Part shown: piece after piece, positions 27,106 to 39,870 of the stretch | Layout: every line of letters starts with the position of its first letter | How positions within the stretch are numbered: the first letter of the stretch is position 1 | Source: Octopus bimaculoides | Taxonomy: Eukaryota | Length of the DNA: 64,000 bases | Direction of reading: 5' to 3' | Assembly: GCF_001194135.2 (NCBI RefSeq) | Contig: NC_068982.1 | Coordinates: 41,664,432-41,728,431 of the forward strand | Translations under genes and position numbers: made by a program | The notes under the pieces: generated by a model | What the model saw: only the letters and a program-made list of their open reading frames with translations | What the model was told of the DNA's origin: nothing | Databases searched by the model: none

Positions 27106-29824
27106 ATAAAAGTATATTTAAAGTATGATGTAGCATACATGATATAGTGAGCCAAAAGAAATTTTAACCTGCTGGAACTTGAGCCATAATGTGAAGAAAA
27201 GTCAATAATTTTAATGACAATTCATGTCAAAGAAAGCAAGGGAAAGAACTTCTGAATTTTAAAAAATTGATTGAAAATGAAGTGGAGATATGCAGTGAGG
27301 AGTATAGTTTAACCAGTGCCAGATTTAACTACAGGATTTTCAAACTGAAACAAAGAGCCTCAAAATCTAGGGGTCCTCCAGCCAAAGGATATATTTTTGA
27401 CAGTCATAGGCTTGTTGGAAAGAGCTCCTCAAGTGTAATACACTTGAGCCTCTCTTCTTCTAAATCTGGAATGGGGTCTAACACATATCTATCTGATCTT
27501 AGAATGTAGTTTTTTAGTTAAAATTATTCACTGATTAGACAATTTAATATTACAACATCTAAAAAAATTCACAGGGATGCCTTCTACATGAAGAACATGT
27601 AGTTAAATGTGGGTTGACATACTTGATGGTATAAACCTAAGAATTTTTAATCAATTGAAATTACACCCCTAACCAGAAAAAAGGTCATTAATCATTGACC
27701 ACATGTTGCTAATGTAATGCTAGCTTGGTAAAAATCAACAGTATAATCAAATACACATCTGTAACTGAATGTCAACATTTTCAGATGAACCTTGTGGTAC
27801 CTCCACGCAAATATTTCATGACATCTATTTCAATTTTGTGCTTTCCACAATTTATAGGGGTATTGATAGTTTTTGATTTTAAGAAACATGAACTCAGCCA
27901 AGTTGAAATCCTGATTATGCCCATAAGATGTTGTTTAACCTTGACCATGCAGACTTATCAAAAAATTACAGTTGTAAACATTGTCTTTTTAGAAGAATCT
28001 AGGGGCTACATCACACAGACTTATTATTATTATTTTTTCTTCCACATTGAATTATTTTTCTCTTCAGAATGCTACGGGTAGTACCAGTCTACATTGTTTA
28101 CCAGTAGCGGTACTAACACATAGCGACCTGACTAAAATCTTTCACACGGACTTATTATTATTTTTTTTTTTTTTTCACTGTGTGTAATTCAGTTCTGAGT
28201 TAGAGTTCCAGACAATGTTTTTCTTCAGAATCTTTTTTCAATAGAATTTATATATTTTTCACTGTATATATATTATCTTTCAGTAGTTCAAATCCTACAT
28301 CGGGGTTTTTTAATATTTTTCACTGTGTGCTCAAATCCTTCTTCAAATTTTTCACTGGGTGTAGTTGTTGTATCTTCTTACACTGTGTCGTGTCTTATCT
28401 GCCACTGCATGTAGTTCAATGACACCATTATACAGTGGGAGGTATCCTCATCACCATTGATATAACGACACTGGAGGTATCCTCGTTGCCACTGATATGT
28501 CCCACATTATGATGACATATTTTGTTGTCTGTGTGACTGGCCTGAACAGCATACCTCATTGACTGACACTGCCTGCTGTGTCTGTCCATTATTTATCAGT
28601 AGTAGAACAGCCTACTTCCTACTTGGGAGTGTCCGCCAAAACACATACACACATACACACATACAAGCACATACATACGTTCATACATACATGCATACAT
28701 ACATGCATACATACATACGTACATACATACATGCATACATATATATGATGGGCTTCTTTCAAGTTCTGTCTACCAAATCCAATCACAAGGGTTTGGTTGG
28801 CTCACCTGGATCTATAATAGAAGACACTTTCCCAAAGTGCCACACTGAGTTTGAACTTGAAATGGTATGTTTGGGGACTGAACTTCTTAACCATGCCGCC
28901 ATACCTGAGCCTATAATGTGTGTGTGTGTGTGTGTGTGAGTGTATGTATGTATGTATGTATGTATTGTATATATGTATATATGTATTGTATGTATGCCTG
29001 TATGCATGTATTGTAAGTATGTATGCATGTATTGTATGTATGCATGCATATATATATGTATGTATATGTATGTATGTATATGTATGTATGTATATGTATG
29101 TATGTATATGTATGTATGTATGCATATATAATCAACTACATGTGTTTTGAGACAGAAAAAGTAGACTTCTACAACTTTTTAGTAAGATACAAAATAAATG
29201 ACTGAACTGGTTTAGACATATCATAAGAATGGATAAGGTAACTGAATGCTATAAGAAGATGGTTGTTGATGCCAAAACAGAAGCAGAATAAGAAAGGCTT
29301 TGAAAATAATCTCTTTTCTATCAATGAAATAGTGGTTCCTCAAATTACTCTGCATTGTATTGTAGATGCTATCTATGATGCGAACAATGACAGCACCACG
29401 AAAATTAATTAAGTTGCCTCTATAACAGAACTTATCTGCTGCTTTCAGTGAATTATCAAAGAAGCTGGTTGATTTATTAGCAAATGTGTTTTAAATGTGT
29501 AAATTAATTCTATATAATAAGGAGTGTCTAATATCCCATACTGTTAATCTGCTATAAATGGTAGCTAAATCTACCTCATATCACAGCATGTTGTCTTAAG
29601 AGAAAATATGTTAAATAATGTTCTTCTAGATATAGGCACTGGTCTGGTTATAGGTGCAAGCATGGCCTTCTGGTAAGAAGCTTGCTTCCCAACTATGTGG
29701 TCTTGGGCTCAGTCCTACTGTGTTGCACCATGGACAAATGTTTTCTACTATAGTCCCATGCCAACCATAGTGTATTTTGTTAGTGTATTTTGGAGATGGA
29801 AATTGAAAGAAACCTGTCGTATAT

Positions 29825-29869
<45 letters not shown>

Positions 29870-30114
29870 TCATCATTTGATGTCTGTTGTCCATGCTGGC
29901 ATTGGGTGGACTGCTGTATAGCTGGATGCCTTTCTCGATGCCAACCACTCTGAGAGTGCAATGGGTGTTTTTATGTGCCACCGGCATGGGTGCTATTTGT
30001 GTGACACTGGCATCTGCCATGACTATGATTTTGCTCAGCTTGATGGGTCTTCTTCTCAAGCATGACAAAGGTCTGAGGCCCAACACTCAAAAGGAACTCA
30101 GCCACTTTGCCTCT

Positions 30115-30148
<34 letters not shown>

Positions 30149-30504
30149 TTTGTGTTTGTCCACCATCACTGCTTGTTGGTTTGTTTACATCTCCATAACT
30201 TATCAGTTTGGCAAGAAGAGACAATAGAGTAAGAACCAGGCTTAAAAAATAAGTATTGGGGTTTCACTAAACCCTTCAAGACAGTGCCCCAGCATGGCCA
30301 CAGTCCAAAAGACTGAAACAAGGAAAATATATAAGATACCATGTCTGAATAACGAGGGGATGGTTATGGCTGGAAGGGCTCTGATCATATGACTACAATG
30401 TGGTTAAACAACAACAACAATAATTGTTTTCAAAAGGGTTTCAATGAAAAGCAATTGGCTGTTGATGTTGTTGTTTAAACCTAGTTCATATTTGAATCAA
30501 GAGA

Positions 30505-30870
30505 CATCATCATCATCATTGTTTAGCGTCCGCTTTCCATGCTAGCATGGGTTGGAAGATTTGACTGAGGACTAGTGAAACCAGATGGCTACACTAGGCT
30601 CCAATCTGATTTGGCAGAGTTTCTACAGCTGGATGCCCTTCCTAACGCCAAACACTCAGAGAGTGTAGTGGGTGCTTTTACGTGCCACCGGCACGAAGGC
30701 CAGTCAGGTGGTACTGGCAACAGCCACGCTCAAAATGGTGTATTTTACGTGCTACCTGCACAGGAGCCAGTCCAGCAGCACCGGCAATGATCTCGCTCGA
30801 ATGACTTTTCACGTGCCACCGGTACAAGTGCCAGGACGGCGACGTTGGTAACAATCACGCTCGAACAGTG
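30505..30870 (-). mobile_element. Second, more diverged copy of the (GAT)n-tailed retroposon
   Basis: Collinear with 26723-27105 with scattered substitutions and different internal repeat variants. Confidence 0.85.
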
Positions 30871-31694
30871 GTGCCATCACGCAAAGTCATTTCAGGTGAG
30901 ACTGTTTCTTCTCTTTTCAGACAGTGTATTTGGTATCACAATATAACCATAAATGAAGGTGCATGGCTCAGTGGTTAGAGTGTTGGGCCACAATCATGAG
31001 GAGGTGAGTTAGATTCCCTTTTTCATGGCACTGAAGTCATTCAAGTGAAAGGCAAAGGCCGATATAGTTTGGCACCAGCAACATTGCAACTGATTTCTAC
31101 AGCCGAGTGACCTGGAGCAACGTGAAACAAAGTGTCTTGCTCAAGAACTTAACACAGCCCGGTCCTGGAATCAAACTCACTACTTCATGATTGTGAGCCC
31201 AATAGTCAAATCATCGAGCTATGATGCATAAATGCTTGCATGTATGTATGAATGTATGATAAGCTCTGAAGAGCAAGAATCAATCATGATAAGAATAGTA
31301 GAAAAGATAGAAAAGGAAGAAGTCAACCGAACAAGCGGTTGTAGTATGTTAGTGATTGAAGACTTCTTAATAAACTGGACAGCTTTTGTTGTGCAGTCTA
31401 TAATATTTGTATGTAAAGAGCTGCATAGTTACATAGTGGAAACTTTAAAAAATGTATATATATGCTGAATTGAAGAAGTCTTGTCACTTTAGCTCCTAAA
31501 TACACAAATAAACAAAATTTAATTAAAATGACTACTTTCAGACACAAGTATACTTGACAAGTACATTAGAAGTTACAAGTTAATTATATACATTACTGTT
31601 CAGATAAGAAAAAAAAAAATTTAATTAGACTCAACTTAATTAGAGAAAGCCTATATTACATCAGACTTAAATACAAAGAAGCCATACACCTCAA

Positions 31695-31831
31695 TAGAAG
31701 TAGCAGCAGCAATAGTAACAATAGTAGTAGTAGTAGTAGCAGCAGCAGCAGCAGCTATAGTAACAATAACAGTAGATGTAGTAGTAGCAGCAACATGAGT
31801 AGTAGTAGTAATAGTGGTGGTGGTGGTGGTG

Positions 31832-31895
<64 letters not shown>
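31695..31895. repeat. Compound trinucleotide repeat (TAG/CAG/TGG/TAA)n
   Basis: Direct reading. Confidence 0.95.
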
Positions 31896-31897
<2 letters not shown>

Positions 31898-32258
31898 TTG
31901 TCCCTCAGTCATTCCATACTTAGATAAATTGTAGTCTTTAGCTATCTATGGAACCTTACCTGTTTATCCTAATGAAAATCTTTGTGGTCGCTGAACTTGT
32001 TAGGAATAAAAATGAAATCACCTCTATGTCACACCATGCCATCTTAGAAAGGAGAAGGATGTACTGAGTTGTGTTTTTCCTAGATACACTATGCCTGAAA
32101 AGTAAATGGGATGGTCATCACCAGAATGCTTTTGATCATGTCTGCTCAATCAGGGCCGACCTAGGGTAAAAACAACAGCAACAACAACTTTGCTGACTTT
32201 TAATTTTGTTGAAGATTCGTTAAAGCTTTCTTACAATTCTGACATGACATGAGAAACA

Positions 32259-32480
32259 TTAAACCCTTAGCATTCAGATTACTTTGTCAAATGTAATGCT
32301 TAATGATTCACATTGTTTTGAATTTATCATGCATTATTTCATAGTTTCAAGATTTTAAAGATGTAATTATTTCTAACATGACATTGTTGAGTAGGTATGA
32401 GGGGCAGACCTAATCAGTTTGAAAGTAAAACAATTAGAATATTTGGGTCAGGTATCACCAGTTCAAATGCTAAAGGTTAA
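32259..32480. mobile_element. piggyBac-like MITE
   Basis: ttaaacccttagcatt ... aatgctaaaggttaa termini with TTAA on both sides. Confidence 0.65.
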
Positions 32481-32975
32481 GTTAATTTGAAGGTCTTGTT
32501 TGACCTTAGAAAATTTTACTATTGCTTTTATTAATGTCTTTTCAATAAGTGGTTAGCACTAACGAGCAAGGATTAATCAGTAATAAGCAAAGCTGAATAA
32601 ATTATTAACAACATAATTTCAGTTGTTTACTCACCAGACCATTATTGTGTAAAAGCTCAGCATTTTGGATTTTAGTTTCATAGGAACAATTACCAGTGAA
32701 CTGGTAAACTTTGGAATATACTTAGATATTATTTATAAGCATATTGATTTCAAATTTTGACACAAGGCCAGCAATTTTGGAAGAAAGAGCTAAATTGATT
32801 ACATTGGCTCCAATGCTCAACTGGTACTTATCTTATTGACCCTGAAAGGATGAAAGGCAAAGTCGACCTTCATAGCATTTGAATTCAGAACATAAAGACA
32901 GCTGATACGCTACAAAGCATTTTGTCCGGCATGCTAATAATTCTGTCAGTTTACTGCCTTATTATCTATAAGAAT

Positions 32976-33362
32976 GGAGGCACAATGGCCCAGTGGTTAG
33001 GGCAGCGGACTCGCGGTCATAAGATCGCGGTTTCGATTCCCAGACCGGGTGTTGTGAGTGTTTATTGAGCAAAAACACCTAAAGCTCCACGAGGCTCTGG
33101 CAGGGGATGGTGGCGAACCCTGCTGTACTCTTCCACCACAACTTTCTCTCACTCTTTCTTCCTGTTTCTGTTGTGCTTGTAATTCAAAGGGTCAGCCTTG
33201 TCACACTGTGTCACGCTGAATATCCCCGAGAACTACGTTAAGGGTACACGTGTCTGTGGAGTGCTCAGCCACTTGCACGTTAATTTCACGAGCAGGCTGT
33301 TCCGTTGATCAGATCAACTGGAACTCTCGACGTTGTAAGCGACGGAGTGCCAACAACAAATT
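32976..33362 (+). mobile_element. Full-length tRNA(Arg)-like-headed SINE with (CAA)n tail
   Basis: A box TGGCCCAGTGG, B box GGTTTCGATTCC, CAA tail, 9-bp TSD tataagaat (32967-32975, 33363-33371). A close second copy lies at 55397-55678 (minus). Confidence 0.9.
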
Positions 33363-35849
33363 TATAAGAATATTGGTACATGTATTGTTCTTTCGGTACC
33401 TCTTTCTTTTTAACTCTTGAACATCAGAAGCCTTCTGAGCATTGAATTGAAACTTAGTTGATCTGAACCCTCAATATTTGGATTTCACTGTAGCAGAAGT
33501 GATTTACACTGTCATTATGTGAGATGTTTTCATTTTGACTCGTCTAGGCTTAAATAGCCATAAAACAGCTCCACAAGCTCTTTTCGTTTCAGCAGTTGCA
33601 TAACCTCGTGATTAAACAAACCATTGTTTGTATTGGTCGGCTTCCAGCTGTCCAATTGCATTGGTACAACAGTTTATTTTTCCTTACACAAGAAATTAAT
33701 CACCAGCCCTGGGAGCCTCTTATTCCCTATATGAATGGCAGTTCTCAACTGTCCTAGGTCTTTGGCACTTGCCACTGACCACACATGCATCTCGTCTCAA
33801 TCAACAATATCCTGACACCAGCCAGCCTCCGCTCTCATCATCTCCATCAGATGCTTGTCTACATCATTGCTGTATGAAAACTACACGACCAACAGACCAA
33901 TCACCTGCCTCTACATCACCAACAGAACGTCAACTATGTCTACAACATCAACAGTCCAGCCCGACCACGAAGTTCTCACACATCTTTGTTGTAACCTATT
34001 GTGTTATGTTAATTCATGTATGGCAGTCATTGTATTTTATAATGGAGAATAAAATGTCACTTACCAGTTCATTTCATCTCAAGTTATATATCCATTTCAA
34101 CATTTTCCTTATTAACCATCTTCGTTATATCACCATCTTGTAATCTTATCTTCCTCTTACTGGATGAAAAAGAGGAGGATAAAAATGAAACCTCAATAAA
34201 CACATCAAAACATGAAGCTCTTCTCTGAATGTAGTGATAAATTGAATGTCAAACAATAGTTATTTATCAATAAGTCAAATGTTATTTGCAGTATGTCTGA
34301 ATACTACAACATTCTTTGCCCAACAAATGTGAAATAATATTTTTAATATTTTTTTATCTATTTATTTAAAGGACTTGATCTCATACCAACATCTTCATAT
34401 CTTCTGCTTTAGGAGAGCCTGAAAGTGAGAGGGTCAGTAGTTTCTCATCCTTAAAATGATTAATTAAAACAAAGAACAAGTAAAACATTTATCAATTTCT
34501 AGTCTAATCAGTGAGTCTCATAAAAGGTTGTTTTCTCATTGAATGAATGTTTAATTGACTAAGTAAATAAATTAGGAAATTACAGAACATGCCTGAAGAC
34601 TGTGCCTGGAGGCATTAATGTGAAAATACAATCCAACACTTATGAGAAAGCCAATACTTTATCTGAGAAACTTATGAGTCATCTTGCAACACCGATTTTA
34701 TGACTACCGGTTTATTATTCTGTCAATTAAACTAGATAATAGATAATAGCCAAACATTGATTATCAGAATATTTATCAGATTTTCAGCTAGTTAGTCCAG
34801 TGTTGACCGTTAGATTCTCAGCCAGACTCACAACCCATTAAACTAAATGCCAGGAAGTCCAATACTTACAACAAACAGTGCTGATTAAATGTACAAAATT
34901 TTAGATTTGTCTAGTTCTGATTTCTGAATCCTGATTAGATACATTACCATCAACCAAATATCAAAAGTCAAAAGCTGAAACATTTACTATGAATTTTATT
35001 TATTTATTCATTCTCCCTTTTCCCCTTCTAAAACATAATGATTCATTCATATTCTTTTTGAACTTCCACGAGCAATCTTATTTTCAGTTATGCATTTAAT
35101 TTTTCTATGACCTTTAAACTCTCATTGGATATTCTGTTTTGCTTATAGTTTTTTGCTTAAATTTCCTACAATTTAGCTTTGCCAATTATATTTAAAATTA
35201 GAAATAATTAGCCAAAATGAATTACAGTTGAATGTAAAAGAAATTATTGGTTTCTTAAATCATCTTGGGAAACGAATGTATGGAATTTAATAACTTTTGA
35301 AAATGCACAATTAGATTTCTTCCTTATATTTTTGTTTTTCTTTTCAAGAATATTTACTCAGTAATTAAGAACAAATTCTGCTTTGGATAAGTTAATGAGA
35401 CATTTTAAACTGCCAGGTTTGACAGAAAAAAACTCTACTTGAAACACCATTAAAATGTAAAGTGTATTTTAAAAGCAAGAAATATATATCAGATTCACTT
35501 AACATGATTTTTGTATTTATTTATTTTTCAACTATTCATTGTCTTCGTAGACATTGAAGTGCTATTGCTATCTCAGAAACTGTTCAAGATTTGAAAGACT
35601 GAATATCTGAACTATGAACTTTTGATCCAATACCTGAATTTCTGACATCACTTTACCGTGAAAAATTATATTACATGAAGGATGTACTGAAATTAGTGCA
35701 AAAGTGGACATGACTTTTTTTATTAACTGGCATAAGTTGTTAAAATTGCATATGTTGGTAAAACAACTGTGCCTCTGTAGTAATTTTTTTGTCCTTTTCT
35801 TTATCACAAGTATATAGGTTACAAGCAGGAGTAATATGCCATCATTAAG

Positions 35850-35975
35850 TCCTTGACAAGAAGTGGTGCAAGCTGTCCATCATTCATAGAAAGGTCTCCT
35901 GTGAGACCTTTTCTACCCCTGTTTCTAGGCACATACAATCTGTCAGTATCGTTTTTGGGGCTGGAGCTCCTTACT
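35850..35975 (-). mobile_element. Dong/R4-clade short fragment
   Basis: SPKNDTDRLYVPRNRGRKGL resembles the HPKSDVDRLYLPRKEGGRGL motif following the RT domain. Confidence 0.65.
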
Positions 35976-38106
35976 GTTATCATCATCATCATCATCATCC
36001 TCATTCTTATTATAATTGATGATGTTGTTGTTGTATTTGTTATTTAGTGCCATTTCTTCTTGCTCTCTACATTCTGAGACCAAATCCCACTGAGGACAAC
36101 TTTGCCAGAACTTATGAGGCTTGTTAGCATTTGTAGACAATATGAAGGTGTTAGTTGTATGTTTTTTTTTTTTCATGAGGCTAGAAGTTGTAACAATGTA
36201 GTCATTCAGACCTGAAGTATGAAATGAAGTGAGTACAATTTATTGTGGACAAATTCACTTTCATCAAAAGAGTTTAATGAATTATTAACAAAATGTATTT
36301 GAGTTTGTCCCCACAACCACTTCACAACCAGTGTTGATTTGTTTATATCTCAATAACTAAGCAGTTTGGCAAAAGAAACTGATAGAATAAATAGCAAGCT
36401 TAAACTAAGTACTGGGGTTGATGCACTTGGCTAAACGTTTCAAGGTGGTACCCCTCCATGGTTGTAGTCCAATGACTGAAACAAGCGAAGGATAAAAGAT
36501 AGAATGAAACAGATAAAGAGTTTAATTCTAAATCAATCATATATTAAACGGTGATGATTCAATTCTGCTCAATAAATCAATGAAGCAAAGAACCTAAAAC
36601 TGTACCAATGTTATAATTTAATGTTAATGTTTTACCTTTAAAACATCAGCCACCATCCCTCCCATCATCTCCACCACAGGAGTAGTCAAAAATGCTTTGC
36701 TGTTTCAAGTATTCCATCATCCTCAAGCACAACAGAGCTTTTGATCATATTTGTTAATCAATAACTACATATCTCTAGAAAAAAAAAATGTCTTTGAACC
36801 TCGTAAAAAAAAAAAAAAGAAAAGAAAAATTGATTGAATCAATATTAGTTTATTACTGGTATTTATTTTATCAATACCAGGGTATGATGAAATAGATAGT
36901 AATTCCACTTAGACATACAGACATTTGTATCTTCTATCTTTTACTTGATTCATTCATTGGACAGTTGCCATGCTGGAGCACTGCCTTAACGTATTTCGTT
37001 GAACAATTTTTTTTTGAAGTTTGGTACATATTCTATCAGTTTCTTTTGCCAAACTGCTATGTTACAGGGATGTAAACAAACCAACACTGCTCATCTAGCA
37101 GTGGGGAGGAGGTGATAAGTACAAAGACACACACACACACCTACACACACATGCGCACACACCTACACACACATGCACACACACCTACACACAAGTGCAC
37201 ACACACACATGTGCACACACATGCGCACACACATACACACAAGTGTACACACACATTTAATATATATGATGGGCTTCCACACAGTTTTTGTCAACCAAAT
37301 TCACTCACAAGGCCTGGGGCTATAGGAGAAGAACACTTGCCCAAAGTACCACACACTGGGACTTGACCCAAAACCATGCAGTTGCAAAATGAGTTTATTA
37401 ACCACACAACTCTACCTGCACCTATATGCAGCCATACCTGTCCTCTAGAAAAAAAAATCTCTTTGAACCTTATCAAAAGAATATACTGCACCAGTTCTAG
37501 TTGACTACTGATATATATTTTACTGATAATAAGGGATGATGAAGTAAATGGCAATTCCACAGAGACAGACATTTTTATGACAGTTTATTTCATTTTTTGC
37601 CTTCTCACTTGGGCTTCCAATGCAAAAATTACTTTAGAGCAAGACTAGACATATATTTGAATTTATATTCAATTTCCATTTAGAACTGGCTGAGAAATAT
37701 ATATTTACACTAGAAAATGTAAACACATGCAAACATTCGATTTTTGTTTTTTTTTCTTGAAAACAAATATTGAATATAATTTTATCAAACCCATTACCCT
37801 ATTGCTTACATAAATAGAAATAATGACGACAATGTTTTGATAACGATTTTAGCTGATGCATAAATCAATTTAGTAAGAAATTGATGTTTATTTAATTGTA
37901 TACTATAATGTTATTTAGCTGTACATCAACTCAAAATGAAGAGCTACATGATCAAAAAAGTGTTACAGCTGTTTTCAATCCAACGTTTTTTCAAGCATTG
38001 TGTAATTCAGACTACATTATTCAATGTGTCTTATTATTTTTAATGATTGCATGTGATTGAGGGAGAGTTGGTCACTATTTCTAGCAGAATGAGTTACCAT
38101 GTAGAG

Positions 38107-38252
38107 CAGTCATGGGCAAACTGTATCCTGCAGGACTTTCTGAATGGCACACCTAATGAAAAATTACCTTGAATATTTTTGTAGTGCAGTCTGCCTAATG
38201 ATGAGTCATGTTTCATGCAGCTTGCTTCTCAAAAAAGGTTGCCTGTGCTTGA
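38107..38252. mobile_element. hAT-type MITE
   Basis: Perfect 8-bp TSD atgtagag (38099-38106, 38253-38260); degenerate TIR cagtcatgggcaaac / ggttgcctgtgcttg. Confidence 0.75.
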
Positions 38253-38263
38253 TGTAGAGGCTC

Positions 38264-39870
38264 TATATAAGAACAAAGGGGACAAAAGTGACTGCAATAA
38301 CTACTGAGGCATCTCACTGTTAAGCATCATTGGGAAGGTCTTTGCCCACGTGACCCTAAACATGCCACAGAAAATCATTGAGAGGGTATACCCCAAATCT
38401 CTGTGTGGTTTCAGATCAAAACGTTCCACCATCGACATGACCTTCTCTCTCTGACAGCTACAGAAGTGCTGAGAGCAAAGGCAGCCACCCTTTATCGCCT
38501 TCATCGATCTCACAATGGCTTTTGACCTAGTTAGTAGAGATGGCCTGTTCAAAATCCTTGCCAAAATTGGCTGTCCCCCAAGACTCTTCAGGATTGTCCA
38601 ATCATTTCACATGGACATGAAAAGCCTTGTTCAATTTGATGGCTCTTTTTTGGAGGCATTCAACATATGTAGCAGCATGAAGTAGGGCTGTGTGCTTGCC
38701 CCCAACCTGTTTGGCATCTTCTTTTCAGTCATACTGAAACATGCATTTAGGACATCAACTGATGGTGTTTACCTCTACACCAGATCAAATGGCAAACTAT
38801 TTAGTCTGTTGAGGCTGAAAGCAAAATCCAGGGTGCACCAGGTACTTGTCAGAGAAATGTTGTTTGCAGATGACACAGTACTGACAGCACACTCTGAAGA
38901 GCAAATGCAACATCTTGTGGACAAAATTCCAAAGGTCTGTCAGGAATTCAGTCTGACTATCAGTCTGAAGAAGACCCAAGTAATGGGCCAAAGCTTCAAG
39001 CAGCCCCCCCCCCCCCCACCATCACCATCAACAACTACAAGCTGGAGCTAGTCCATCAATTCACCTATCTCAGCTCTACCATTGCTGATGACCTCTCCCT
39101 GGACCCTGAGATCAACAGGCAAATCAGACAAGCATCCTCCACATTTGCCAGGCTCACAAAGAGAGTCTGGGAAAATAGAAAAACTGGCTGCTAACACCAA
39201 GACTGCTGTCTATAAGGTGTACTTCCTTAGTACGCTACTTTATGGCAGTGAGATGTAGAGCCTTTACTCTAGATAGGTGCGATGTCTCAATGTCTTTCAC
39301 CTTCATAATCTGAGACGCATCTTGGCTATCTGGTGGCCCGACCACATCACCAACACCAAAGTCCCCAACTGAGCCAAGATACCCAGCATATTCACCCTGC
39401 TCCAGCAGTGTTGTTTGTGCTGGCTCAGTCATGTACATTGCATGGTGGATGGAAGGATCCCCCAAAGACCTCCTGTATGGGGAATTGGCCACTGGCAGAA
39501 GGGCATGAGGACAACCTCATCTTTGTTTCAAGGACGTCTGTAAGAGGAATATGAAGTCACTTGATTTGGATGCCCTGTAATGGGAGGAGGTTGCAAATGA
39601 TCACCCACACTGGAGACAAATACTGTGAAAGGGGACAAAGAGAACAGAAGGAAAGCAGGAACTCACCACTAAAGAAAAAGCACACTTGACAGAAGGAAAA
39701 ACCAGTAGCGTTGGCAGAGACCTCTTTCAAATGCAGTTACTGTATGTAAGACTGTCACTCCTGTGGGGGGCCTATACAGCCACAACAGACACTGCATTGC
39801 CATGAGCAGCGGACACGATTTCTTCAGGTGCAGATCCATGGCCTCTTGAGACTGACGGAAGCCTACTATA
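38264..39870 (+). mobile_element. 5'-truncated, decayed RTE-clade (BovB-like) LINE, reverse transcriptase to 3' end
   Basis: Conceptual translation across stops/frameshifts: LYKNKGDKSDCNNY*GISLLSIIGKVFA, FIDLTMAFDLVSR, GCVLAPNLFGIFF, EMLFADD, LTISLKKTQVM, LLYGSE, RIPKDLLYGEL, and a terminal CxxC...H..C region. Confidence 0.92.

Noticed and set aside
27314-27616. Possible hAT MITE (cagtgccagatttaactac ... gtagttaaatgtggg)
   Set aside because: Right terminus is too degenerate and there is no TSD.
27725-28081. 118-aa ORF
   Set aside because: Non-ATG start, no domain signal and no consistent splice partners.
32976-33050. tRNA-Arg-like sequence
   Set aside because: It has A and B boxes but no 3' acceptor-stem partner, continues into a SINE body with tail and TSD, and is multi-copy. 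The same applies to heads at ~30958 and ~31225.
33489-34150. Possible solo LTR (TG start, AATAAA)
   Set aside because: No matching TSD and no second copy in the window.
35540-36170. Possible decayed hAT transposase on the plus strand (PLRTTLPELMRLVSI)
   Set aside because: Only one weak motif amid many stops; not supportable without a profile search.
36875-37560. Box C (ATGATGA) in both duplicated segments suggesting C/D snoRNAs
   Set aside because: No downstream box D (CTGA) or terminal stem at a suitable distance.
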